Origin: Octopus vulgaris
Taxonomy: Eukaryota
Reading direction: 5' to 3'
Assembly: GCA_951406725.2 (NCBI GenBank)
Contig: OX597828.1
Coordinates: 31,434,001-31,498,000, forward strand
DNA length: 64,000 bases
The notes under the pieces were generated by a model. The model was not told the origin of the DNA, did no database searches, and worked only from the letters and a program-made list of their open reading frames with translations. Numbering within the stretch: position 1 is the stretch's first letter; every line of letters starts with the position of its first letter. Shown here one piece after another: positions 26,785 through 41,363 of the stretch. Made by a program: the position numbers and the translations under genes.

Positions 26785-28319
26785 TACAAACACACACATA
26801 TATATATATATATATTTGTGTGTGTGTGTGAGCGCGTATGCATCTCTGTGTGTTTTTGTGTGTATGTGTGTGAAGTGAAGGTGCCTGAGTTAGTGCTTAG
26901 CGTAGTTGACTCAGTGACTCATGCTTGTATTTGAGTGTTTGTGTATATATATATATATAACAACTAATAATCGCATATACATATATATATAAGCGGAATT
27001 TTTGACTTGATGCATACACATATGTGTGTGAACACCTTAATTGGAATCACTTAAACACATACATACACTGAAGCATGACACAATTTTCTCAGCTTTTTAG
27101 AGCTAAAAATGCATCTTGTATTCTCACACAAATAGGAAATTGAAAAATGGAGAAAGGTTCACATGCCCTTTCTACAAAGAATGTACTCTCAAAATTTGCT
27201 ACAAATGATATAGTACGTAAGATAAGGCTCGTTTCATTTCCCTAAAAAATATAAATTAATGACCTATCCTCTTTCAGTAGAGTATATGCATTTTTTCCTG
27301 GCCTCTGTACGTTGGTAAAGATGTGAGATAATAGAGAGCAGCTACATTTTTGTATCCCCTGTAATCTATTCAGGTAAAGAATCACCTAGTTTGACGCCTC
27401 ATTTGTGAACCTGCCTGTGAAGAGATGCGTGTTGCCATTAAGCCGTTGTTATCGTATTTTCGCATTGAGTCTTCAAATAAACTGTTTTTTGGATCACTAG
27501 CTGTACATCCCTCCTAACAATTCGAAATATTTCTATTTACATTGTTTTTCGTTTCTGTTAGCTGTGTGTTAAACAACATTTTGTAAACATTCGTAATTTC
27601 CTTGCTTCTGTTTGTTGAGATAGAACAGAAATTAAACAAATTTCAGCAAAATACTTTAATAAATTGTCATTTTGTACCTCGCAGGTGTAAAAACAGTAAT
27701 AAATGCAATTGTTTGCAATGTTACGTTACAGACGTTATCCACAAATTCTCACATTTATTTTATCGTAAGGTTCAGAACCAGAAGCTAAAACACTAGAATC
27801 TTACAAGAATTACATGAAAAAAAAAAAAAAAAAACACGTAACACTGCATGTCGATTAGGAATTTCCTCACAGTTATGAATTTTAGAGTGTGAAAATAAAT
27901 GTAGCCTAACTCACAAGGCGTGAGCCTTCCACTTAATCTATATTATATTAAGGCACATCTAGCCATGCAAATTTGATGAAATCCAAAACATACAAATCGA
28001 TATTCAAAATTTTATACTTGTAGTTTTATAACTTTGTGTCGTTCACATTTTCACTATTATAGATTTATATCAACAAATATTTTTAACACTATTTTAAACT
28101 TATAATTTGATATCAGGCACATACCCATGTCCTTATTAAATATTAAATATCACATATGTTCCATATTTTATGTGGTAAAGTAATGCTAAATGTTCCATGA
28201 GGCAGCCGTTCAAATAGTTAAAATTATTTAATCCCTTATGGTTCCTTGCACTAGAAACAGGATAATGGCTCGACAAGTGATTCCAAAAAACAGCCAAAGG
28301 AAAGAAATAATTAATATAT

Positions 28320-28337
28320 TATTATTATTATTATTAT

Positions 28338-28393
<56 letters not shown>

Positions 28394-28681
28394 TTAGTAA
28401 TAGCAGCAGCAGTAGCAGTAGTAGCAGTAGTAGCAGAAGTAATAGTAGTAGTAGTAGTAACAGCAGCAGTAGCAGTAGTAGCATAAGTAATAGTAGTAGT
28501 AGCAGCAGTAGTTATAGCATTAGTAGCATCAGCAGTAGTAGTAGTAGTAGCAGCAGCAGTAGCAGCAGTAGCAGTAGTAGCAGAAGTAATAGTAGTAGTA
28601 GTAGTAGTAGTAGTAGCAGCAGTGGTTATAGTATTAGTAGCATCAGCAGTAGTAGTAGTCGTAGTCGTAGTCGTAGTAGTG

Positions 28682-28726
<45 letters not shown>

Positions 28727-28730
28727 ATAA
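28320..28730. repeat. Complex (TTA)/(AGT)/(AGC) trinucleotide repeat with higher-order duplication
   Basis: Directly visible. GTTATAG(C/T)ATTAGTAGCATCAGCAG occurs twice, about 114 bp apart. Confidence 0.97.
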
Positions 28731-29099
28731 TAGGAGTTTTACTGTAAGATGTTGACAATGAGACAAGTTGATGAGACAAAGCCCACACACGATCGATACT
28801 TTATTTTGTCGACTATTGGTGGATGGCAGAAAAAATTGATATCTGTGAGATTTGACCTCAGAACTGGAACCCATACTTGAAAAAATATTTCCGAAGCTCC
28901 AAAGATTATTCCACTTCATCTATTTTCCTTTGAATAAAAAGAAGCAACTCGAACAAAAATGCCGTGCTCAAGGATACAACACGACGCTTGGTCATATTAT
29001 GACCTTAAGCCAAACACACAAACCTTTATATAAACGCGTGTAAACACCTCAACAAAGCTAATCACTTAGAAACAGTACGGTGAGTCTTTCGCGACCACA

Positions 29100-30720
29100 A
29101 TGACTAACATACAAAAGGCTGTGTTCACATAACGACTCTTTAGTTGACATTTGCCCTGTCTACATCTCTTATTGATCAAGGACAGTAGATCTGTTAAAGA
29201 ACCAAACTGTAGATAAGTTAGTCGGACAAACGGCATCAACACATGCTCAAACTAAAGGAAGATTGGACATGTTGCAGCTTCAATACATGTGGATGCATCG
29301 TTAGCAATACTGTGCTGAAGCAGCAACGCAGAGGATGCTGATACCAAATGGATTGTCCAATTTGCAAAAGCAGTTCCTTCAACCATAAGAATAAGGAGTA
29401 ATCCCTCCGATCTGACAGACATAATCAGCGTAAGACAAGACGCTGCGGTGATAGGATATGACTGATACAATCAATAGGTTCGTCACTCCACACAAACGTT
29501 CGTGAGTAGCTTCCTCTCGTTTCATTTTTAAATAAGATTGCCCACCAGTCCCGTCATCTAGTTCCAGTTGATGTTGAAAGTAAATAGTATTTCCATCGAA
29601 TGCAACCTGTACGTAAATATAGCTCCACCAAATTTTCCTGGTTAAACCTTACTCTTATCGCTTCGTACTCTCTCAGGGCTGCGTCGATAACGTGAATAAG
29701 TTTGTCTCCGACACTACTGCGGTGACGTCGTCTGTATATGCTGGCAGAGTTTCGCGCTAATCCTAATTCAGGTTGGTGTGCTTTAAATGGCAGAGGTTCA
29801 TTACCCAATTTTCCTCTGTAACATATCACTTGAGATGAACGTTAGATCGGGGAAAGATCTGCTTAAGATGATGCAAGCCTCGTCTGCATCAGAATCGTCA
29901 AGAAACCTCCATCTTTTAGCTAATATATTGGCAAAGCTCTGTATCGTGGCATTTATCACAGCTGTGGCCTGAAATTATTAATATCATCTCCCTTTTTTCC
30001 GCCCCTTCTCAGTAGCTCCACCACACCTCTTTTTCGTAGGATTGGGAGTTTTCCCACTCTTCTGCCGGTTGCAGTAAACATCTAACAAGGGGTTCCCAAA
30101 TAAATGAGGCATATGAAAATAATGCTAGAAGTGAGGAACATATAGTCTCGGTGAATTTTCCACGAATAACCAACCATTGCTTCCCTTGGTTTATCAACTA
30201 ATATCGACCACTCGCAGAACTCCATCTTCCTAGTCAAGAGTTGCAGGAATCTTCTTGTAAGCTTGTAGCATGCACCTGACTGATAGTAAACATCGAACTC
30301 TATATCATTGATGGTAAGAAACGTATCTTCCATAGGTCAATCGCACACATTTCATTCTCTTGTACCTTCGAGATCCGACATCATAAACTCCATGCTTCAC
30401 ATCCAAGAAGTGGTCGAGGACGTAACTCGTGGCTAGCTTAAGTTTCACAAGTGTCTCTTATACACACCTCACAAACTCTCCTTCTAGTCTATAATTCTCT
30501 ATCATTGGTTCTCTATTAAATCACAGTCACTCTGTTTTAATACCTCATCAGGCCTAACCCTAATTGGCTCTTGAACCGTATTCTGAAAACTTCCTCTTAG
30601 CAAGTTTCTGATCCCTTTCTCTGTACACATGACGTGCAGGGAACATGCATTCAATGTTGAATAACAGGATTTCAGTCTAAGAAACATTTCAAGATCAACC
30701 CTAAAAATGACAATTTTTTG
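29100..30720 (-). mobile_element. Decayed Tx1/L1-clade LINE ORF2 (RT) fragment
   Basis: KRGVVELLRRGGKKGDDINNFRP, ILAKR, catalytic-like AYTDDVT at 29721-29741, LREYEA. Many disruptions. Confidence 0.7.
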
Positions 30721-31049
30721 TCGATCAAGTTTAAACGTTTATCATTAGACAGGATAGACTCACGCACCACATAAGATTACGGATTATTTTTATTCCTGTT
30801 AGAACAAACATTACGCTCTGTCGACGTCACTGAATAGCAAATCTTAACATGAACAGGAAATGTATGTGAAGGGAGTGTATACTGAATGACCCTGTCATCG
30901 GTGTCCGTACATATTTCACGATCTCGTTAAAACAGATTCAAATTTGAATACTAAGTGATTCGAAATTAAAATATAAGGGATTGTAACACAATACCACAAA
31001 TATTTTGCTCCGTGCTGTACTAAAATTGCTACAGCAGTAGCGTTATATA

Positions 31050-31665
31050 ATAATCCTTTCCACCACGGGCATAAGCCTCGGGAAGTCACCAGTCGATTAG
31101 GTCTACCTCAGTACGCAACTGGTACTTAAGTTATTGACTTCGAATGGGTGAAAGACAAAGATCACCGCTGTAGAATTTGAACTCAGAATTTAAAGACAGA
31201 CGAAATACCTATTTCCTTACTACGCAAAAGGGGCTAAACACAGAGAGGACAAATAGGACAGACAAAGGGATTAAGTCGATTATATCGACCCCAGTGCGTA
31301 ACTGGTTCTTAATTTATCGACCCCGAACGGATGAAAGGCAAAGTCGACCCCGGCGGAATTTGAACTCAGAACGTAACGGCAGACGAAACAACGCTTAGTA
31401 TTTCATTCGGCGTGCTAAATATCCTGTAATCTCCCCCGCCTTACATATAGCTTTTCTACTGTAGGCACAATACCCGAAATTTTGGGGAAGGGCGCCAATT
31501 GATTAGAACAACCCCAATACGCAACTGATACTTAATTTATCAACCCCGGATGGATGTAAGGCAAAGTCAATCCCGGCGGAATTTGAACTCAGTATGTAAA
31601 GACAGATGAAATACCACTAAGCATTTCGTTCAGCGTGCTTAGGATTCTGTGAGCTCGCCACCTTA
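31050..31665 (-). mobile_element. SINE family A cluster: a dimer (31440 to 31050) plus a monomer (31665 to 31450)
   Basis: Family A heads and central domains. The dimer junction GAAATA|GGTATTTCGTCTG at about 31211 matches the junction in the 9908 array. Confidence 0.88.
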
Positions 31666-32059
31666 TACATAGCTATAATGATGGCAAATAGTTGTGCTCA
31701 AGCTGAATTATGGGTTTAAATAACATTTTTGTTTTCAAATGTGATTTCATGCCATTTCATTTAAAACTATCATCATCTCACAACAATTATACAGCTTATG
31801 CTTCGATAGCACATTCGAAAAATAATCAATATTCATAGACAGGAAAGAGCCAATAAAAAGTTGTCAAGAATCTTTCTTAACGCTACGATATAAGAATATG
31901 ATTGACAACTTCGACACAAACATGAGACAACCTTACATACCGTCATGCACACACTGTCATACTTGCACTCTGACAAAAATACACCTACAGACAAACATAC
32001 ACCCACGTCAACAGTTCCAATACACATATATATATATCGATATCTATATCTATCTAACT

Positions 32060-32117
<58 letters not shown>

Positions 32118-32159
32118 CATATGTGTGTGTTTGTGTATATATATATATATACTTTTATT

Positions 32160-32432
32160 CTTTTACTTTTTTCAGTCATTTCACTACGGCCATACTGAAG
32201 CACCGCCTTTAGTCGAACAAATTCAGGACTTATTCTCTGTAAGACTAGTACCTGTTCTATCGGTTACTTGTGATGTACTGCTAAGTTACGGGGACGTTAA
32301 CACACCAGCATCGCTTTTGAAGCGATGGTGGGGTGTTCCAAAACAGACACACACAGATGCACACACTTACTTACACACTCACACACGCACACACACACAC
32401 ACACATACACACATACACACATACACACACAC

Positions 32433-32463
<31 letters not shown>

Positions 32464-32608
32464 CATATAGGACGGGCTTTGTTCAGCTTCCGTCTATGAA
32501 ATCCACACACAAGGCTTTAGACTGCCCGAGGCTATGGCAGGAGACACTTTCTCAAAGTGACACTCAGTGGGACTGAACCTGGAACCATATGCTAGTGAAG
32601 CGAGCTAT
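32160..32608 (-). mobile_element. SINE family B
   Basis: Aligns to the 63648 copy and has the internal CA/TA tract. Confidence 0.88.
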
Positions 32609-32824
32609 TAAAAGTAGGAGAACTAATCAGATTCCACATATATAATATTCTATATACATAATGTTGATATATGAATGTGTGTATATATATATATATATAT
32701 ACATATGTGTGTGTGTGTGTGTGTTTATATATGTATATGTGTATATGTGTTATATATATATATGTGTTTATATATCTATATATATATATTTATATATATT
32801 GTATATATGATATATGTATATGTG

Positions 32825-32888
<64 letters not shown>

Positions 32889-33915
32889 TGCATATATCTG
32901 TGTGTTTGTGTGAGTGCGTTTCTATATATATATATATATGTGTGTGTATGTGTATTAGTAATGTACTTGTTAGAAATAGGTGAAATTATCATTGTTTCGT
33001 CTCCTTCAATATTTCTATATTCAAAGCATCAGGAAATATAGAAAATACAAAACTAAATATTAAAAAAAAAAATGTTATTTGCTCTATTTTAGTTTCACAT
33101 ATACTTCCTATACAGATTTTACAAGCGGAACCCGTAAACTACATCAAGTTTTGAATCTAATAGAAAATAATCCGTCGAAAACGAGATACGCTTCAGACAA
33201 TTGCTACCAGAATGCCGACACAATGTTGACAAAGAAATACATCAGGCAATAACAGATTTCAGATTCACGCATATCCATAGGATTTGATGGGAAGATTAAA
33301 AGAATGTGTCATGAAACGCTATCATGTATTGTTTCCTTCTTTTTTACTGCACCATTAACCCCGTCATCGTGTCTCTCAAATGAGTTTGGCACCAAACATA
33401 AAATGTACATTTTGTTCTGTCTTACTTTTGGTTTTAATATATTTTTTTGTTCCTTTTTATATTTGTGTTCTACAGTGAGAAATTGTACAGTGAGAAATTG
33501 CAGAGACAATTCTGGTTATTGATCGATGAAAGGATTAACGAAAAATAATTTTATATTCCGAAACATACTTGACACACTTCAACTATTTTGCAAGACGTTT
33601 TATATACAGTAACAGCGTTGAGTATATTTTCAAACAAGAATCTTTATTTTTATTTTTTGCTTTTGTAAGTAGAATATAAGCAGGCGAACGCTTGATTTAT
33701 AAAGCTAGTGTTTTCATAAAATTATTAAAATGACATCCGCTCGTGGTTTTTGTTCAGGCTCTGGTTTTTGAGACGGATACTACTACAAATTCAAATCCAT
33801 TTCGAAACACCCTACAACCCCAGATGACACAAAACGGATTGGGTTTTAAATTTAGAAGGACTAGTGATGTTACGTGCATCAAAACTGTGTGATAATGTGC
33901 TGTTTCTAGTGATGA

Positions 33916-33999
<84 letters not shown>

Positions 34000-36811
34000 T
34001 GTGTGTGCGTATGCGTAATACAATCATGGACCGATATGTAGGTAAATTTTTATGACACTCTGCTATACAAATAATCACGTTTCGCAGTTCAGCAAATTTC
34101 TTTCATTTCTCGGTAAATACCGCCCATGTTTGTGGAGTGGGCGAATTTCTGTTACAAGAAGAGCAGGAGCACAAGTATTAATTAGTGAATTACTGGAAAC
34201 TTTATTATGGAGTTGTGTTCTTTCCGAGGGCACACGCAAATAAAGTTTCATTAACCTCCAAGCTATTGCTGATGGTTAGAAAAAGAAGTACGTTTCCTGT
34301 CAAAACCGTTATAAAATTAACGGAGATTAAACTTATTGACTAGCTTGAAGGTCTCATGGGTGGGTGAACGTTTGACACATTGTGTTTTATGTCAATGTAT
34401 TTTGGGTAATTGAGACCTGACATTGACCCGACGGACTTTTAAAGTCGGCGACAGATAGCAATTGGGACAGATTTGTTTTGGATGAGAGAAAGATATCTAC
34501 GGTTTGTGGTACATCTATGCTGACCTGGGATACGATTAAGGAACGAGAAAGTTAACGTACTGAAGTGGAATGTGAGTGATATTCACGAATTTCAAGCCTG
34601 TAAATTTCCGGTGGCGACAATTCGGAAAAAGCTTATTGCAGGATATAAATTCTCGACTTAGTGGCAGTTATGTTGGGAGAAATCATCGTCATCAGAGACG
34701 TGAAGAAATCTGTATAGGGAGATGTTTGTAGTGAAGTTTGGTGATCGCTGATAACTCTGTGGGAGACGAGTATGACGAGATGAGAGCAGTCAACTTAAAG
34801 ACAGATATTAATTGTTATGGTATGGCTGGGATACAGGGTATAAACTGGACATTGGAAATGGATTGGAGGCAGAAGTTGAGAAATCACATTTATTTTAAGC
34901 AAATAAAATATGACGTCTCAGTACAATGTGATTAATGGGGTTTAAGTAATGCCGATATTGGAGAAGAGAGCAGAAATATCTGTCTACAGTTTTTTATTTC
35001 ACACCTTTGACGTTTAGTAGTGGTGATAAAAAAATAGGTCGTGCATTCATAGGTTAAAGCAAAACGTACCATAAAATGTGAGTAAATTCGTGCAAGGTAT
35101 CGGAATTTGTTAATGGCACCCTGGGAACAACTTGACTTTTGATGTGCCTACTATTCGAAACACTTTCTATATTCAAATGACAATTATAAAGTGGCTGCGT
35201 TATTTTCAAAGAGTGACATAGGAAAATAATTTAGCATTGAGCTGAAGAGGCATGACTTCATTCTGTTGTCAGAATTAAATTCTCTCATTTCAATGGAAGT
35301 GTACAGATTTAAATTTTGCTTGCTATTATAACGCCCTTGAAAACGAAATGTGTGTTACCATCACACACTTTAATTTCTATTCCCAAAAGAGTGACCTGTC
35401 AAAAGACAGAATTTATTACGAGTTAGGAAAAATAAAGAAGAAAGTAGTTAACTTTGTTATTTCATCTATTGAATGTAAATAAAATGATTATATGGATGGC
35501 ATGTCTTCCTTTGTCATATTTGTATTTCCTAGTGATTAAATACAAATGGTTTTAGAAATGAACAAAAGAGATAAAAAGGATAAAATGGAAGAGATTTTAA
35601 CATGCTTAGTGAAAGAAATACATTATTTCTTTCAATGTTAGTTTTAAAAAGGTTTCACTTATTTGAAACCTATCTACGTGATTTCGTTCCTTACTTATAA
35701 TTACGTCACATACAGAGTTAAGGAAAATTACTTCGTAAAGGTTAGAAAAATGTATGAACTTTCTGATGAAGTGTATACAATGATCACATTCGATATTATG
35801 AATTTGCAATTTAATATACATCATACAATTTCCTGGGTTTTCGAATTATTTATCTCCCCGTATATTATCGAAGTGAACCAACAGTTAATATCATTTTTAC
35901 CTTTAAAGCCTATAAAATAAACCAGGGAAGAGAAAAAGAAAGGTGTATATCTATAGAAATGATCATTCTATTCGTACAATACAGTTGCAAAATAGAATTA
36001 CATTCTTTATACAACCATTTCGTTCTTCTGATAACGTTTGTATAAGCAAGCGAGCATAGTTCAACACGACTGTATAGATGTCTCCACATCAATATATTGC
36101 TGCTGCTATGATTATTCACCAGTCCACAACATCACTATTCATATCCTGACACAATTACTATTCATCTCTTTATGGTTGGTGAAAACATACTGTACAACTC
36201 CATAGGCTGATTTGAATTACTATTATTTCATACCTATTGAATTTCGGTTAATATGGGAGTAGTGAGCTAGCTGTGAGAACATAACCATAAACGTATATAG
36301 TTTTTCTTACGAGATGTAACTTCATCAACTCGAATATGTTACAATTGACACTTCTTTTGATAGCAATCCAATTGAAATAAACGCTGAACTATCAAATATA
36401 AAACAGCTGAACTAAGACCAAATTCTAACTCTGATATACGAAATGATCCTTTCTTCAAATAATAGTTGTCAGCAGAAACGATACTCTATTTCAGTTTGGC
36501 TTCAAATATTATTCGATATCACATAAAAATCACATTATTAATTGTTTCCTTTCTTATGCTAGAGAGATCGACTGAAATAAAATGAGTTCTGCCAAATACT
36601 GGTTCACTGGTGTTGACAATCTATGAAAATTATTGGCCTTGTTTTCAAATCAGCTGCAACAGCTTTTCTTCTCCCCCTCCTCCTTCTTCTTCTTTTTCAC
36701 CTCCTCATCCTTTTCTTATTTTCTTATTTTCCTTCTTCTTCACTCCTTCCTCTCATCCTCTTCTTCTCCTCCCCTTCTTCTTCTTCGTGTAGCCATTGTT
36801 GTGCTAGATTT

Positions 36812-36859
36812 TGATTATTTTCATTATCATTATTATTATTATTACTATTACTATTACTA

Positions 36860-36920
<61 letters not shown>

Positions 36921-36992
36921 CATTATCATCATCATCATCATCATTATTGTTATTATTGTTATTATTATTATTATCATCATTATTATTATTAT
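36812..36992. repeat. (ATT)n microsatellite, i.e. the (TAA)n tail or target of the adjacent Dong-like element
   Basis: Directly abuts the 3' end of the minus-strand element. Confidence 0.97.
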
Positions 36993-38860
36993 ATGTTTGA
37001 CTTTTGCTTTATATATGTACAAGTTGAATCGAAGTCTCACCCAGAGACCTCAAGAGATAACAAGTTAGAAGTTCAAGTTGGTGTTATGGCTAGTGTGTCA
37101 TATATTTGGTTTTTTCACAAAGTAGTGTCTACATGAATCATAAGAAAATTATAAGTTTTGCCAATTTCTCTTTCAAGATCTTTACACTTGCTCAGTTTTT
37201 GGTAGTCTTGACAGATACAGTTATGTCGAGTGGGACACATATCAGTGAGGTGGCATGATTTTTGCCTCAAGTCCTTCAATATAATTGAGCGATTCATTGT
37301 CACTGTTCAAAGTCAGTGTGGTTCTCCCAGATCTTATACTTACAGACAAGAAATTTCGCAGAGCAGGTGCTATTTTATACATTTCCACACATTTCTGTGT
37401 GGTCGACTATCAAAAGGTATTTTATAGTATGTCCAGGCTATCGACAATTTTTTGTGCCGTTTATGACAATCTTCGAAGATCATCGAATAGATGTGTAGCT
37501 AATCTTTACAAGCAAAGGAACCTCGTTTAGATCTTTTTTGCTCGAGGGAATATGCCACATCCTCTTTAAAAAGTATAGGTATATTCAGTCACGACAGATG
37601 TTGATATTTTGTACATTGTTGTTAAGCAGGTTGTAGGTCTATACTTTTTTGGTTCATTTGTTTCTTCAGTTTTGGGAATCATACTAGGTTGTTGCAAAAC
37701 ATTGTTGTAAAGTTATGTTAGCAGTCCATGGACCTCTGTGAAGGCATTCAACCAGATGTTAAGAATTTTACCCTTTGCTGGAGACTTGTATTTGTTTGAC
37801 TTCTGGAGAAGCGATCCTACGTCGTCTACCTTGATACACTCCCACTTTTGCTCTTCTAAGGTGTCTAAATCAGTAGATATTCCATCAATCCAAGGAGCCT
37901 TTTCATTGTGCGTCTTTTTCTTCTGCCCAAATTTTGTTCCAAAATTACTCCACTTCTTTTGATGAGGTAGACTTTACTGTAACTGGTATTTTCCCTATCT
38001 TCCTGTAAAAATTGTTTCGGTTATTTTCCAACATGTTATTGTCCTTGAAGGATCTAACACACGTTTCATACCTTGCTATGCGGGCACCTTTAGCACATAC
38101 ATTTTGCTTGATAGTTTTTATGGTGGTATCGATGTCAAGTATGATTTTCATATAATTTTTCTTTAATTTTCGGACTTTTTTTGTTGTTTGATAATCTTGT
38201 CAAACTTAAGTTTGTTCTTAACATAGTATGTCAGACCAAAGTAGCTAAATTTGGTGTCGATTATGTTCTTTCCAAGTAGGCTTTTTATGAGATTATTGGG
38301 CATTACTTCGATTGAGAGTAAGCACGATAATCTAATGATAATATTGTCCTATGTTGTCGATTTCTAATCTTTTCCTCGCAGAATAGATGAGATCTTCGCG
38401 GATGCATAATACAGGTCTGTAATATCAACATCATTAGCTGAAATTATATTCTTAAGTGCAAAGCGGATTTTATCAATTACTTTCAGGTTAGAGTTGCGAA
38501 TTTTTGGGAGAGTATCACGTTCAATCATACTGGTTTCTTTAATTTTCAGCCATTCAATCATGATTTGATATTTTAGATCATCTTGTTCAGTTGGGTCAAT
38601 TTCTGTGTGACTTTCTTCATCTATTTGATTTTCCTCTACCTTAGTGTTTATGGTTGGTTCAGAGAGCATTTCACTTTGCTTATCAATTACATTGCCTCTT
38701 TCTATCATTATTGCATTTTCATCAGACCTGGGTTGGTCTATAATTATTTCCTCCGTAGTATCTTCTTTAGCTGCAACTTCGTTCCTTTTATCCCTTACTG
38801 ATTGCTTGATTTGGTTAATCTCTATTTCAGTAATTTCTTTTTCACAATGTTTCTCCTTCA
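36993..38860 (-). mobile_element. R4/Dong-like non-LTR retrotransposon, decayed and internally deleted
   Basis: ARIARYE..NNMLENNRNNFYRKI, IPKTEETNEPKKYRPTTCLTTMYK, KLSIAWTYYKIPFDS, then a jump to the endonuclease end (QKLSKCKDLEREIGK), 3' UTR and (TAA)n. Confidence 0.85.
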
Positions 38861-39440
38861 AGCAATGCTGATTTTTGTAAGTGTCCTACCTTTGAACTTG
38901 CACCGATCTTTTTCAGCCATATTTGTAGTTGAGTGCTGATACATCCAAGTGCACCAAGTACTGTTGCTATCACATCTACTCTCTCCGTTGATCACAAACT
39001 TGATATTTCCCACTTCAAATCGTTGTAGTTGTTTATTTTTCTTATTCTTTCACATTGATCTTGTTGTCATCGGGGAATGGTATGTCATTCATCATACGGG
39101 TACTTTCTTTTCTAGTCACCACAAGAATGTCCGGTTTCCAATGCCTGGTCGGTTGATTGCACTGTAGCATTGCATCCCACAGCATTTTATAGTTCTCGTT
39201 ATCGGCGACTCCAGCAATTTGCGCGTTCCACGTCTTTACTCTTTTCCACATAGATTCTAATGGATCCTTCTTCCCACATTGTCATTGCATGTCTTGCATT
39301 TGCGTGTTGCTAATTTGGGGCATTCACTATGTACTACACCGCTTCACGCTTCTCACCAAACATTCTGCATTTGTCGCTATCAGTAGTGTTGTCTATTCTG
39401 CACTACCGAGAATGTCATTTGTCCATGATGCTTAGCAACG
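38860..39440 (-). mobile_element. R4/Dong-like C-terminal fragment (zinc knuckle plus restriction-like endonuclease)
   Basis: DKCRMFGEKRE, KMLWDAMLQCNQPTRHWKPDILVV, YNDLKWEI, VLGALG, LQKSALL. Confidence 0.85.
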
Positions 39441-40274
39441 AGATAGATAACGAAACTCATATTTGCAAAGCAAATCCTTATGCTGTTCGCTAACACTGTG
39501 AGTCCACAATGTAATATAGTGGCTCAAATGGCAACGAGAAACATTCTCGGTATAGAAGAATTATGAAATGTTTGAAAAAAATTCTTAGTAAAGAGGAGGA
39601 AAAGTCGTTTTCTTCTTCATGAGGTTCAGGTTAATGTCTCATGCAATATACATTCTTTTCGAGTTTCTTTCTTCTTTCTTTCTCTTAATAGATTTCAATG
39701 ATGTTTGAAATTCCTCATACGCTTAAATGTCGACAAGTTTATTTTTTGAATTTTATTTTACTACTTCTATCGAAGATAATAATACGTTGATTTTGCTTCC
39801 ATTAATAATATCTGAATTTCATTATATACGATACTATATAAGATTTCAAGAGATCAGAAAATTGAGAATATATTTAGATATAATATCGTTTACCTTTCAT
39901 CTTCGACAATACCTCAATATGTAAGAATATCAATATCACTTATTCCTTGCAATTGAATATGATTTCACACTCTAGGTAACACAATCGTCTGCACAGTCGA
40001 ACACAAATAATTACTCTTTATAAAATCTATGTAAGACAGATTATTTCAATCGAATGGTCATTCTACAATGTGAATTGAAGCGCCATAAAATCACTAAAAT
40101 CACTAAAAAACTCTGAATTGATACATGGATGTCTAATACAATTGAATGCGGTGTTAAAACAATATTTCATTTTGTATAAACAATTATCTCCCTGGCGTCT
40201 TCCACCCAATAACTATTAATCGATGATATAAATATCTGCTAAACATTACAGTTATATTCACAATAATAATAATG

Positions 40275-40708
40275 ATAACTGTTTCAAAGTTTGGTACAAG
40301 GCAGGTAATTACGGCATAGGGATTAAGTGAATTAAATCTGTTCTCTTCTCAGTTGATAGTAATTTTAACACAATCGTAATAATAAAAGGCAAACTTGTCG
40401 TCGATACAATTTAAACTCAGAACGTAAGTGCAGAGGAAATGATACTAAGCGTTTGCTCGGCGAGTTAACGATTCTACCACTTTATAATAGTAATAGTCTT
40501 TTCTGAAATAGATACAGGGCCTGAAATTGGGGAAGGGGGATAGACGATTACATCGACTCCAGTATACAACTGGTACTTAATTTATCGACCCCTGAAAGGA
40601 TGAAAAGCAAAGCAGACCTCGGCGGAATTTGAATTCAGAACGTAGCGGCAGACGATACACAGCTAAACATTTCGTCCAAGCTGCTAACTATTCTGCTAGC
40701 TCGCCGCC

Positions 40709-40710
<2 letters not shown>
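40275..40710 (-). mobile_element. Two adjacent SINE family A copies (one old, one better preserved)
   Basis: Head GGCGGCGAGCTAGCAGAA at 40708, B box, central domain. Confidence 0.85.
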
Positions 40711-40790
<80 letters not shown>

Positions 40791-40793
<3 letters not shown>

Positions 40794-41348
40794 TGCCCTG
40801 ATGCAGTACCAGACAGGCGCTCTCCTGGCTTCTGATCTTAACTGATTGGAAGTCTTATCATGTACGTTGTTTTGTCTTGGTAAAAAAGATGGGCTACAGC
40901 AAATATTCTGCTCAATACCACAGATTTCCTTGTCAATTGTTTGACCTTAACTAGTTGAGCATGTCCCTTAGTGGCTGGCAATATGTGCATCTCTGATCAC
41001 AAGCAAAAGTAGTGGGGGAACATCATAGTCATCTGATGAGAGGGATCCTTTGGGGTTTGAATAATTCACCTCTGGAAACATGGGTGTTTTGTTCAACATC
41101 CTTAAACAATCCTTATTCAGGGACCTTTTGAGCAGAATGGGATACTCGACCAGAAGAAGTTTCTAACTGGGCCCCACCTGTAAGGTCATGTGCTTTTTAT
41201 TTTGATATGAGATCACCATGTCACGCACATATTGTTGTGATGCATGTGCCGAGTGTAGCCTTATCAGACGGGTAGTTATGATGGGTATAATGGGCTTCGT
41301 ATATTTTACCCCAGTGTCATTTTGATGGCATGCACTGCTCTCTCACTC
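40791..41348 (+). repeat. About 560-bp non-coding element embedded in an (AAT)n tract
   Basis: Sharp boundaries with (AAT)n on both sides, GC content above background, no ORF, subterminal stem-loop at 41283-41311. Strand is tentative. Confidence 0.55.
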
Positions 41349-41363
41349 AATAATAATAATAAT

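Noticed and set aside
27685-27790. Acceptor followed by GVKTVINAIV, resembling a voltage-gated channel S4-S5 linker exon
   Set aside because: The continuation is not a hydrophobic S5 helix and the resemblance is too short to support.
32985-33040. Minus-strand CTGATGC...GAAACAATG
   Set aside because: The core is mutated and no stem I pairing exists.
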